From an uncultured Aminicenantes bacterium (GTDB taxonomy: Bacteria > Acidobacteriota > Aminicenantia > UBA2199): a DNA stretch of 64,000 bases. Positions 21,710-30,668 of the stretch are shown here, in pieces. The stretch is from positions 1-64,000 of the forward strand of contig CBDAFS010000030.1 of assembly GCA_965195285.1 (NCBI GenBank), written 5' to 3'. The translations under genes and the position numbers were made by a program. Every line of letters begins with the position of its first letter. The first letter of the stretch is position 1. The notes below the pieces were generated by a model, which saw only the letters and a program-made list of their open reading frames with translations, ran no database searches and was not told the origin of the DNA.

Positions 21710-22641
21710 TTCAAAATTCTCCTTATTGAATACTGCTTGGCATTTGATGATTCTTTAAGCAACCTTGATATATATTCTCCAAGGACAAAAAAAATTATCA
21801 GAATCAAGGTGTTATAAAAAGATATCAATACAATCAAACTTGTCCAGCCGGTAGGTGCCTGTCCGGAAATAACTTTTCTGATTATAAATATTGTACCAAT
21901 GAAAAAAGAAAAAAATGAAACTATTAATCCTATATAACCGAAAAACCGTAAGGGTATTGTCGAATGATTTATCAGAAGGTTGAATGAAATTTTTAGCAAT
22001 TTTTTAACTGTATAATTTGATTTTCCATATTTCCTTTTTTTATGCATCAGGGTAACATTCGAAATATTCTTAGTTGTCCTTAAAAGCATTCCGGAAATAT
22101 ATGGAAAATTTGTTCTATCATCTTTGATCTGATCTATTATCTCTTTTTTTATGATACGAAAACTGGAAAATTTCATATTGTTTTTAGCATTAAATATTTT
22201 ATGATTTAGCATTCTGATAACTGCGCTTCCAAAATTTTTATATAATTTATCCTGTTTATCAGCATAAGAACCAAATACTGCATCATAACCCTCATTAATC
22301 TTTTCAACCAATTTCGGAATTTCTTCCGGTGGATTTTGCAAATCATCATCTAGGGTAATCACATAATTGCCATTACAATAATTAAAGCCACACATTAAAG
22401 CATTTTGCTGCCCAAAATTGGAGTAAAGGTCTATCAATGTTACATTTTCATGTTGATCATGGATTTCCTTCAATATGCTCAAGCTATCGTCTTTACTGCA
22501 ATCGTTTACAAATATTATTTCAAATGTCTTGCTCATTTTGACAAAGATAGAGTTTATTCTTTCATATAACTCCTTTAAGGATGGGGCGCTATTATAAACA
22601 GGAACCACAATCGAAAATTCTTTTGTTTCCATGTTCTTCAT
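21706..22641 (-). CDS. GT2 polyprenyl-phosphate glycosyltransferase (ArnC/GtrB-like)
   Basis: VVPVYN, NFGQQNA, DDDLQNPPEEIP, two C-terminal TM helices, LGEYI. Confidence 0.9.
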   Translation of the reverse strand: MKNMETKEFSIVVPVYNSAPSLKELYERINSIFVKMSKTFEIIFVNDCSKDDSLSILKEIHDQHENVTLIDLYSNFGQQNALMCGFNYCNGNYVITLDDDLQNPPEEIPKLVEKINEGYDAVFGSYADKQDKLYKNFGSAVIRMLNHKIFNAKNNMKFSSFRIIKKEIIDQIKDDRTNFPYISGMLLRTTKNISNVTLMHKKRKYGKSNYTVKKLLKISFNLLINHSTIPLRFFGYIGLIVSFFSFFIGTIFIIRKVISGQAPTGWTSLIVLISFYNTLILIIFFVLGEYISRLLKESSNAKQYSIRRILK

Positions 22642-22647
22642 CCGTTG

Positions 22648-23424
22648 TTAAAATCCAAAATTTTCATTTACCAAAATCAAATGTATTCTATCTTTGAATG
22701 CTTCCATAGCGCCATCTATAATTACAGTATTCAGACATCCTCGCCTCTCTGATCTGCAATCTGTACAGTATCCAAATTTTAAACATGGATTATCAAAACG
22801 ATTATGATGTTTAAGATTATGTCTGATATAATTAAGAGGTGCTGCAATATTCCGATTTCTTTTAATCGCCGCCTCTACATCTTCAACAATCTTGTTCTTA
22901 CCGACTATAATAATTACTTTTTTAGGTCCGAATATCATGCCACTTACCCGGTTCCCTGTTCCATCTGTAGATACAATCTGTCCTTTCATTGTAATTGCAT
23001 TGGCCCCGATTATGAATATATCGCTTCTTAAACTTTCTCTCATCTTATCAAACAGTTTTTCCATTAAAATATAATATTCTTCTTTCGGCAAATTCATTTT
23101 CCCTGGTGGGAGCGTCCCATATACTTCATATTTCCCATCTGGATAGCGTTTCATTGGATTAATAATTTCTAATCCAGAAATTTTTTCTATAAGATTAAAA
23201 ATATCTAATTGATGCAAGGTTACACTGTCAGCGAAACCAACTTTTGTAATCTCTTCTTTATTCTTAAATTTTTTTACAAACTCCAAAACCTTTTCTTGTG
23301 CTTTTGTTTTATTATTACAAGTATAAAAATTAATTCTTCTGGAAATGAACTTTTTCGCTAATGTACTTGCTTGTGTGTTAAAGAAATCTAATAACTCATT
23401 ACTTACATTGTTTTCATTAATCAT
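22648..23424 (-). CDS. LUD-domain (lactate-utilisation-like) protein with Cys-rich C-terminus
   Basis: DSVTL, GANAIT..G..V..DGTGNRV...FGPKKVIIIVGKNKIV, PC...GYCTDC....R.C. Confidence 0.8.
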   Translation of the reverse strand: MINENNVSNELLDFFNTQASTLAKKFISRRINFYTCNNKTKAQEKVLEFVKKFKNKEEITKVGFADSVTLHQLDIFNLIEKISGLEIINPMKRYPDGKYEVYGTLPPGKMNLPKEEYYILMEKLFDKMRESLRSDIFIIGANAITMKGQIVSTDGTGNRVSGMIFGPKKVIIIVGKNKIVEDVEAAIKRNRNIAAPLNYIRHNLKHHNRFDNPCLKFGYCTDCRSERRGCLNTVIIDGAMEAFKDRIHLILVNENFGF

Positions 23425-23567
23425 TTTTCAATATCCTTTATGTTAAATGATACACCAATATAGAAAAACCCGCCAAATGCTCCAACTAATATGAATGGGG
23501 GAAAAGACAATAGCGACAATAAGGTTGTTTGCTGTAAAGAAAAACCAAATGGAAGCAAAAAATTTGC
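23421..23567 (-). pseudogene. 3' remnant of a third UPF0104/flippase-like gene
   Basis: Frame without a start: ANFLLPFGFSLQQTTLLSLLSFPPFILVGAFGGFFYIGVSFNIKDIEK*. It resembles the C-terminus of 24317..25255, and its TGA overlaps the LUD start (ATGA). Confidence 0.55.
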
Positions 23568-23920
23568 AATTCACCTCCTGCTATACGACCAACCCCAGCT
23601 GATAATTGAATTGAAATTTTTGTTCCATAATCAGGAACTGATTCTGCAAGTTCATTTAACCATTTTATATGTAATCTATCATCAACAAATAAATGACGTG
23701 TTCTGATTGTATTAGGAATTTGCTCAAATTCCCTTGTTGTTCTGGTAAACCCTACTCTAATAAGACCTACACCACCTTTAGCTCTTTCCACAAAGTAGTC
23801 AATACCTCTTTGGGATAAACTGCCATCAGAATTGACTAAACCACCAATACCCATTGGAGCCATTGTAATACGGTTTTTTATTTTAAGATTCCCTATTTCC
23901 CCTGGTTCAAATAATTTCAT
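23486..23920 (-). pseudogene. Truncated NADH:flavin oxidoreductase (old yellow enzyme family)
   Basis: KLFEPGEIGNLKIKNRITMAPM, YFVERAKGGVGLI, G.KI.IQL; only about 120 aa of the TIM barrel, then unrelated sequence. Confidence 0.85.
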
Positions 23921-24316
23921 AAAAAAATATCTCCAAAATATCTATTTTTAGATTTCTTCTAAGTAGATTCAAAGGTATTCCACTTATAGTAGTTAATTCT
24001 TCAAGAACTGAATTTCTTGAATAAAGTTTCTGATTGCACATGAATTTTTTTTTGCTCCTCTTTTATATTTATTTCTGATATTACCTGATTAATCATCGTG
24101 ATTTCCTATTTAGTATATTTATAAGAATACAGTTTAATTAAAACATCTTGTTTTTGAATTTTATTAAGCCTTTGTAATATATTCCAAAAATAAAGATGCA
24201 CTAAAACTAACACAATATCCAATTTCATACAAAGATTATCAATCTATTATAAAAACTTCTTAATCATTAGAAACGAAAACAGGAATAGCAATTCTAATCA
24301 TAATACGACAATTATA

Positions 24317-25255
24317 TTAAAAAATGTTATCTTTTTTAATCTTCCTTGATATAAAAATCGCTGCTCCTATAATCCCATTCGCGACTAAAGTTAAATATGT
24401 TCCTAATGAGATAATTAACGACTCCTCTTTTGATAAACCAACAAACGAAAATAGGTATGCAAATGAAATTTCTCTAACCCCAACCCCTCCAAAACTAATA
24501 GGAACCATTGTAAAAAACCACACAAGAGGAACTAAAGTTAAAAAAGGCAAAATTGAAGTTTCAACATTAATAATCTTGGCAACAAAAAAACTAATGTAAA
24601 TAGAAATAATTTGGTAAATAATCGAAAGGGAAAAAACTTTATATATCACAATTTTCCTTAGTTGCATAATATTAAATATATTACAAACTTTATTTAGAAA
24701 AATATTCTTTGTTTTAATCTGAATTTTTAAAAATAAAAAAAGTATGATTACAATCGAATATACCAACATCATGGATGAGATTAGCAAAAAAAATTTTAAG
24801 GGTAAATCCCAAAAAAAAGAGCTGAAAAATGAAATAAAAATTAAGGCATAAAAACCTATTAAACGTTCCGTAAAAATCATTACACCCGATTCAGTTTTAG
24901 AAATTCCACATTTTGCTACCATCAAAAGACGAACGCCATCTCCACCTAAGGCTGTCGGAAGAAAGTTATTAAATAATGAAGCAATAAAATACTGCCCCAT
25001 AATTTCAAAGATAGATATTTTTTTTTTTATAGCAACTAATGATTTAAATCGAATAGCGCCTAAATAATTCCTGAAAACAGTTAATAAAAGCAATACAATT
25101 AAAGAAATAACACTTATATAAGATGCAAATTGTTGCAGTTCTCTAATATTTACTGACTTGAAAAATAAGATTAAAATAATTGAACTTATTATAATCTTAA
25201 TAATTATCCCGAATTTAGAATTATAAATATTTTTTAATATCCCTAACAAACGCAT
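24317..25255 (-). CDS. Lysylphosphatidylglycerol-synthase TM domain / flippase-like (UPF0104) protein
   Basis: FNNFLPTALGGD, ERL.G, VPISFGGVGVRE. Confidence 0.88.
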   Translation of the reverse strand: MRLLGILKNIYNSKFGIIIKIIISSIILILFFKSVNIRELQQFASYISVISLIVLLLLTVFRNYLGAIRFKSLVAIKKKISIFEIMGQYFIASLFNNFLPTALGGDGVRLLMVAKCGISKTESGVMIFTERLIGFYALIFISFFSSFFWDLPLKFFLLISSMMLVYSIVIILFLFLKIQIKTKNIFLNKVCNIFNIMQLRKIVIYKVFSLSIIYQIISIYISFFVAKIINVETSILPFLTLVPLVWFFTMVPISFGGVGVREISFAYLFSFVGLSKEESLIISLGTYLTLVANGIIGAAIFISRKIKKDNIF

Positions 25256-25267
25256 ATTATTATGTAA

Positions 25268-26152
25268 TTAATTTTTTCGTTGGATTAACTCGTGTTTCTT
25301 TAATATTTTCTTAGCAGTAATCACCATTGGAGGTCCGATAAATTTTCCATTAAGAACGGCAACACCTTTATCCATTTTTTCAGCTTCTTCAGAAAGGTGA
25401 AGCATCTCTTCTGCGTCTTTCACTTCTTTTTCTGTTGGGCTAAAATATTCATGCACAAGGGGTAGTTCTTTGGGGTGCAAAACCAGCATGCCTTCAAAAC
25501 CAAGGTTTTTAGCAATTTTTAAATTTTTTTCCAAATCCTCTAAATTATGAACATATATGTGAACAGTATCTATTGGCACTACATTATTCGCCCGAGCAGC
25601 CATAGCAATCATTGCCCTTGGGACAAAAAGACTTTGCCCATTAGGGTCATGAATTCCTTCCAGATCAGCAATAAAATCTTCACATCCATAGGCAATAGCA
25701 ACAATTCTTGTGGAAGCTTGACAAATTTCCTGAGCATTCATTACCGCTGCTGCCGTTTCAATCAATGGAATTATTTTAAATTTACCAACAGGTAATCCTT
25801 TTTCATATTCGATTGTTTCAAGTAGTTTGTCAAAAAAGTAAACATCTTCACCTTTTTGAGATTTTGGATACATAAAGCCATGAATACCCTCAATAGTCAA
25901 TTGATGAACATCCTTTAAAAGTTGTCCGCTTTCTCGATCATTCACTCTGGGAAATACAAGATGTTTATTAAATGCTCCTGTTTTTACCCATTGTTCTATT
26001 TTATCTCGTGCAATTTGCTTATTTTTAACAGGTAATACTGAATCTTCTAAATCCAAAAGTAATATATCGGTATTTGATTTTGAGGCACTTTTTAGCAACT
26101 TAGCGTTATGTCCCGGCACAAACATCAAACTTCTCATTAAATATTCCGACAT
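25268..26152 (-). CDS. CitE/HpcH-family acyl-CoA lyase
   Basis: RSLMFVPG, LDLEDSV, PRVN, PLIET, G.EDF, GFEG...HP; start moved to ATG 26152 (GGAG RBS, directly after the MaoC stop). Confidence 0.9.
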   Translation of the reverse strand: MSEYLMRSLMFVPGHNAKLLKSASKSNTDILLLDLEDSVLPVKNKQIARDKIEQWVKTGAFNKHLVFPRVNDRESGQLLKDVHQLTIEGIHGFMYPKSQKGEDVYFFDKLLETIEYEKGLPVGKFKIIPLIETAAAVMNAQEICQASTRIVAIAYGCEDFIADLEGIHDPNGQSLFVPRAMIAMAARANNVVPIDTVHIYVHNLEDLEKNLKIAKNLGFEGMLVLHPKELPLVHEYFSPTEKEVKDAEEMLHLSEEAEKMDKGVAVLNGKFIGPPMVITAKKILKKHELIQRKN

Positions 26153-26153
26153 T

Positions 26154-26627
26154 TTATGCTCCTCTTTTGGGTATAAGTACATGACGTCTAAGTGTTAAAA
26201 CTTTATCATTTTTCTGATTATATGCTCTTGTTTCTACATAAACAATGCCACGATCAAGTTTGCTTTTTGATTCTCTTATAGACAGAATTTCTGTTTCTGT
26301 ATAAATTGTATCACCTACAAATACAGGACCATCATGGGTTACTTTTTCATAATCTAAATTAGCAATTGCCTTACCACTAATATCTCTAACAGTTAACCCA
26401 ACAACAAGGCTGAAAACCAATGTACCGACAACAAGAATTTTTCCATATTGTTGACTTTTACAATATTCTTTATCAAGGTGTAGTGGATGATGATTCATGG
26501 TTATTAATGAAAAAAGATTATTATCACTTTCAGTTATCGTTTTACCGGGCCAGTGTTTGTATAAATCACCTACTTTGAATTCATCAAGATATTGCCCAAA
26601 GTTTTTTTTCATATCATTTATGTTCAT
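26154..26627 (-). CDS. MaoC-family (R)-specific enoyl-CoA hydratase/dehydratase
   Basis: GKTITESDN..F...TMNHHPLHLD, PVFVGDTI, RGIV. Confidence 0.9.
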   Translation of the reverse strand: MNINDMKKNFGQYLDEFKVGDLYKHWPGKTITESDNNLFSLITMNHHPLHLDKEYCKSQQYGKILVVGTLVFSLVVGLTVRDISGKAIANLDYEKVTHDGPVFVGDTIYTETEILSIRESKSKLDRGIVYVETRAYNQKNDKVLTLRRHVLIPKRGA

Positions 26628-26773
26628 CTATCCTCCAAGAATAGATATTAAAAAAATAATATTTTTTAAAATGTAATAACATTATCCCAAGGAATCAATA
26701 AAAAAATTAAGCAGTGGGTGTTCAACATAAAAAGATCCATAACAAATTGTATAATGACCACTGTTAAAGAAAA

Positions 26774-27187
26774 TCAGGATTTCATTTTTTTATTAATAAG
26801 TCTAATGTTTATTAAATGAAAAATAATAAAGGCAAAAAGAACTCCAATAATATTGAATATGGAATCTATTATATTAAATCGTCTACCGGGAATAATTTGA
26901 TGATAAAACTCGATAAAAAAGGCAAAACCGATACCAATGATAAGAAATAAAATCAAGGACTGTAAATTTTGTTTGGGTTTGTCGTTTATAATCCATAATA
27001 AAAATAATATCGACAGGATAAAAAATTCAAGAAAGTGGATGAGATAGTCGAGACGGATGGTAGTACCTCCTGAAGTTTTGATCTTTGGAGTAGGAAGCTG
27101 GGGAAGAGAAGAAGCGATGAAGATGAGAATGAGCCAGGTGAAGAAGAGAAGTTTTGAGTTTTGTTTAATAAATTTGAGTAAGATCAT
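26774..27187 (-). CDS. VanZ-family membrane protein
   Basis: IFIASSLP, DYLIHFLEFFIL, E..Q..IPGR, D...N..G; start taken at ATG 27187 because the upstream codons are repeat-derived. Confidence 0.8.
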   Translation of the reverse strand: MILLKFIKQNSKLLFFTWLILIFIASSLPQLPTPKIKTSGGTTIRLDYLIHFLEFFILSILFLLWIINDKPKQNLQSLILFLIIGIGFAFFIEFYHQIIPGRRFNIIDSIFNIIGVLFAFIIFHLINIRLINKKMKS

Positions 27188-27196
27188 TTTATTAAC

Positions 27197-27420
27197 ATTG
27201 AATAATGAATATCGAATAACGAACACCGAATATCGAAGGAAAGAAATATCTTACAAACCTTGAAATTTAAACATCGAACAAAGAATAATAAATGTTGAAG
27301 GAAAAGAATCATCTTGAAAACATTGAATAATGAATATCGAATAACGAACACCGAATGTTGAAGGGAAAAAACATATTATTCATAGTGAATCATGAATATC
27401 GAATATCGAATAGCGAAGTG
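27197..27420 (+). repeat. Left arm: degenerate heptamer arrays (GAATATC/GAATAAC/GAACACC family) in about 60-nt blocks
   Basis: Visible tandem 7-mers; exact 38-nt direct repeat at 27194-27231 and 27319-27356. Confidence 0.9.
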
Positions 27421-27427
27421 AAAAGGC

Positions 27428-27799
27428 TCATTTTATATTATCATGTGCTGTTTTTATACTGGAAACAAAAATTGAAATCAGTTCATTGCATTCGAGTATA
27501 AGATCATCTACTTTATCGGAATGTTTAACAAGCGGTTTCCTTTTAATAATTTTCAGTGCAATGTATGTTTCTCTCAATTCCTTGAGTGCGATTTTCATTT
27601 TATGGATAAAATCTTTTCCGGACTCTGCACTCTGGGCCTCACCATATATTAAAGCAGGAGCAGTTCCGGACCTGATTATTTGACCTCCGATATAATTTCC
27701 ATTTCTTGTATTTGGCAACTGTTCAGCTAAACTTAATATATTAACAGAAAAAGAAATCAATCTTTCTTCCAAATCATATTTTTTTTTCTCATCAATCAT
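27428..27799 (-). CDS. Four-helix-bundle protein (TIGR02436 / 23S-IVP / Avd-like)
   Basis: DLEERL..F, QIIRSGTAPAL.YGEAQSAES.KDFIHK.KIALKELRET, E.NELISIF. Confidence 0.93.
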   Translation of the reverse strand: MIDEKKKYDLEERLISFSVNILSLAEQLPNTRNGNYIGGQIIRSGTAPALIYGEAQSAESGKDFIHKMKIALKELRETYIALKIIKRKPLVKHSDKVDDLILECNELISIFVSSIKTAHDNIK

Positions 27800-27932
27800 G
27801 CTTCAAAATTCATTATTCAATTTTTATCTTTTTACATTTCGTCATTCATTATTCATCATTCGATATTCGATATTCATTGGTTGATAATACTTCATCATTC
27901 CTTGTTCGACATTCGTTATTCGATATTCAAAA
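27800..27932 (-). repeat. Right arm: reverse-complement heptamer arrays (GATATTC/ATTATTC/GTTATTC)
   Basis: Inverted relative to 27197-27420. Confidence 0.9.
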
Positions 27933-27936
27933 CTTC

Positions 27937-30060
27937 TTATCTCTTGATTGAATCTTGCACGGCAAAAGTAGCCAGAGATGAAGCATAGAGTTCGTCGAAA
28001 GGAATGGGAGAGTGAGAACCGGTTTGGATGGCATTGAAGAAAGCCAATAATTCCTGTTGATGACCCCGATCCGGTCGTCTCAGCCTGAAAGAAGAGATTT
28101 TATTACCGTAAATCTTCATGGATTTGAAATCATTGATGGTCACCGATTGTCCGCTGCAGAAAATTTCCAAGTATTCGGCCGGCAACCGTCTATGTCCGTT
28201 GGAATAGTAGCTGATGGTGGCGATGCTGCCATTGTCAAAACCCAGGCTGATCACCAAGGTATCCTGAAGGTGAGCCGGATCTCTCAGGCTCTTGGCCGAA
28301 ATGGATGAGACCTCGCCACCGGACAGGAAGATGACCAGATCCACAAACTGACACACTTCACTGATGATTACCCCGCCACCGGTTTCGGGATCATGCACCC
28401 AATGGTCTTTGGGAAATTTTTCGCCATTGATCCGGTAATTGATAGCCTTTGGTTTTTCCGGAGGAAACAGTTCTTTTGCCTTTTGAATAAAGGGAGCAAA
28501 GCGGCGGTTAAAACCTGCCATCAGAACAGGAAGCGGCTGGCTGCGGTTGACCAATAGCCGGTGGGTTTCCCAGATGCGTTTCAGGTCATCCTTGGTCATG
28601 GCCAAAGGCTTTTCTACAAATACATGCTTGCTCATGGTCAGGGCCTTGACAACAAATTCCGCATGGAGATCGTTTCGGGTGGTGATAAATACCGTGTTGA
28701 TACGGTCATCGGCAATGATCTCATCGGCATTGCCGGTACTGTAGGCAAAGCCGTATTTGTCAGCTACCTGGCGGGCATTGTGGCTTCGGGCCGTAATCAC
28801 CCCCACCAGATTGCAGTGTTTCCGGATAAACGGTAAAATCGTTTTGCGGGCAAATCCTCCGGCACCGACAAATCCCACGGCCGGATCGACCGGGTCGGTT
28901 GGTTTTTCCTTTAAGGTTACTTTTTTGGAAAGTTCCTTTTCGCTGTCATAATCAATCACCACGCCGCAAAAAGGCTCGGACCGGCTGAGGATCATGGTGT
29001 AGATCTCCGGGGTATCCACCAGGGGAACCGTATGGGAAATCAATTGATCCACCTGTAATTTCTTATTATTCAACAATTCAATATAAGATTGCAGATTGCG
29101 GTTTTCGGTCCAGCGCACATAGCCGATGGGATAATCCTTTCCCCTTATTTCATAAAAGGGATCTTGGCTGCCGGGTCCGTAGCCGCAGGACATACGCAAA
29201 TCCAACTCTTTACGGAAATAGGGTTTACGGTCAAAACCGGTGGCTACTTTTCCGATCACCACCACTTTTCCTCGCTGGCGACACAATAGCCCGGCCAGAT
29301 TCACCGGATCGGTGGTGGTGGAATCCGCAGCGATAATGACCGCATCCACCCCGTTTCCCTGAGAAATTTCGGAAACGATGTTTTCCAATTCCGGATCAAG
29401 GAAATTCAGGGCAGTTATGGTTTTCAAGCCGGCCAACCCATTTACCCGGGCTTTATCACTGTCAACTCCTATCACATCCACGCCGGCTGCCTGCAATACC
29501 TGGATGACCAGCCGGCCGATCAACCCCAGTCCGATCACCACCGCCTTCTCGCTCAGGCGCAGATCAGCCTGGCGCACCCCCTGAATGGCAATAGCGGCAA
29601 TCCCCGCAAAGGCAGCCTGTTTCAAATCGTTTTTCCCGGGGATCTTCACACAGAGGTTCCGGTTGACTGCCACCACATCGGCATGCCATGCCCCTTTTCC
29701 TGCACAGGCCACTTGATCACCGATTTTGATGTCATTGACCTCGTTGCTGACCGCAATGACTTCTCCGGAGCAGCTGTTGCCCAGGGTGGAAGATGCTTCA
29801 AGCTTGTTCATGACCATACGGTAGGTATCGGCCAAACCGCTCTTCTTGATCTGTTCAATAACCTGACTGACCTCGTTTTTTCGGGATATGGCCCGGGCAA
29901 TATATCCCCCCCGGGCCGCCTTGACCATGTTGCCCTCTTCTCCGCCGCTGATTACCGAATAGTGGTTTCTCACCAACACCTGGCCCCGGCCTAATACCGG
30001 AAAGGGAACTTCCAGAATCCGTATGACACCCTTCATTTTTGTGTAAGTTAGTTGTTGCAC
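27937..30060 (-). CDS. Bi-domain oxidoreductase (Zn-ADH-like + Gfo/Idh/MocA)
   Basis: VIGLGLIG, S.GYGPG..D..YE..G.DYPIGYVRWTENRN, VGAGGF, HVFVEKPL, GFNRRFAP. Confidence 0.9.
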   Translation of the reverse strand: MQQLTYTKMKGVIRILEVPFPVLGRGQVLVRNHYSVISGGEEGNMVKAARGGYIARAISRKNEVSQVIEQIKKSGLADTYRMVMNKLEASSTLGNSCSGEVIAVSNEVNDIKIGDQVACAGKGAWHADVVAVNRNLCVKIPGKNDLKQAAFAGIAAIAIQGVRQADLRLSEKAVVIGLGLIGRLVIQVLQAAGVDVIGVDSDKARVNGLAGLKTITALNFLDPELENIVSEISQGNGVDAVIIAADSTTTDPVNLAGLLCRQRGKVVVIGKVATGFDRKPYFRKELDLRMSCGYGPGSQDPFYEIRGKDYPIGYVRWTENRNLQSYIELLNNKKLQVDQLISHTVPLVDTPEIYTMILSRSEPFCGVVIDYDSEKELSKKVTLKEKPTDPVDPAVGFVGAGGFARKTILPFIRKHCNLVGVITARSHNARQVADKYGFAYSTGNADEIIADDRINTVFITTRNDLHAEFVVKALTMSKHVFVEKPLAMTKDDLKRIWETHRLLVNRSQPLPVLMAGFNRRFAPFIQKAKELFPPEKPKAINYRINGEKFPKDHWVHDPETGGGVIISEVCQFVDLVIFLSGGEVSSISAKSLRDPAHLQDTLVISLGFDNGSIATISYYSNGHRRLPAEYLEIFCSGQSVTINDFKSMKIYGNKISSFRLRRPDRGHQQELLAFFNAIQTGSHSPIPFDELYASSLATFAVQDSIKR

Positions 30061-30080
30061 AGGTAATCTCTCATTTCTTT

Positions 30081-30150
30081 AGTAAGTAGTAGGTAGTAAA
30101 AAGTAGGTAGTAAGAAGTAGGTAGTAAGAAGTAAGTAGTAAGAAGTAAAA
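30081..30150 (+). repeat. Heptamer array (AGTAAGA/AGTAGGT) x10
   Basis: Ten consecutive AGTA-NNN units. Confidence 0.95.
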
Positions 30151-30177
30151 AAATAAACGATTTTCTGAAGACAATAT

Positions 30178-30567
30178 TTACTCCGTAATAATGCAAAACT
30201 TTTCAGGCTTATTTATCATTCCAAAAAGAATTCTTCCGAGTTCCTGATATTTTTCATACAATTTCGTATGCTTTTCTTCCTGAAGATATCCATGTTTGAA
30301 AGCAAAATCCAGCCATACTTCTGTCTCACTTGCTTCTCCGATCGAATCGGTTAATTTTAAAACAAAAGATTTCGGATATCTTCGCTTCGCCCATGCTTCA
30401 GTAATGTTAGCGGAAACAGATCGTGATGATCTTCTGATCTGATCAATTAAAGAATATTTTTCTTCTTTTGGAAAAGTTTTACTGATGTTGAAGATTTCAA
30501 CCGCTAGATCAAAACTCAACTGATATGCAATCAGATCTCTGTAACCCCGATACATAGTTTTTTCCAT
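30178..30567 (-). CDS. Four-helix-bundle protein (TIGR02436)
   Basis: YRDL.AYQ, FPKEEKYSLIDQIRRSSRSVSANI.EAW.KRRY, GEASETEVWL. Confidence 0.95.
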   Translation of the reverse strand: MEKTMYRGYRDLIAYQLSFDLAVEIFNISKTFPKEEKYSLIDQIRRSSRSVSANITEAWAKRRYPKSFVLKLTDSIGEASETEVWLDFAFKHGYLQEEKHTKLYEKYQELGRILFGMINKPEKFCIITE

Positions 30568-30571
30568 TATG

Positions 30572-30668
30572 TACTTCTCACTCCCTACTCCTTACTTCTT
30601 ACTTCTTACTTCTTACTTCTTACTCCTTACTTCTTATTGTTTTTTTTCTACTTACTATATACTACATA
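30572..30668 (-). repeat. Heptamer array (TACTTCT) x9 plus TACATAC-type units, inverted to 30081-30150
   Basis: Nine units at 30572-30634; further units run up to the epimerase stop codon. Confidence 0.95.

Noticed and set aside
23921-24316. Possible gene remnant in AT-rich gap
   Set aside because: No long open frame or recognisable motif found by eye
27428-30567. Diversity-generating retroelement suggested by Avd-like proteins
   Set aside because: No reverse transcriptase and no TR/VR pair with adenine-specific mismatches in a target gene seen in the window
27197-30668. 23S rRNA with intervening sequence
   Set aside because: Flanks are protein-coding genes; no rRNA or tRNA sequence recognised anywhere in the window
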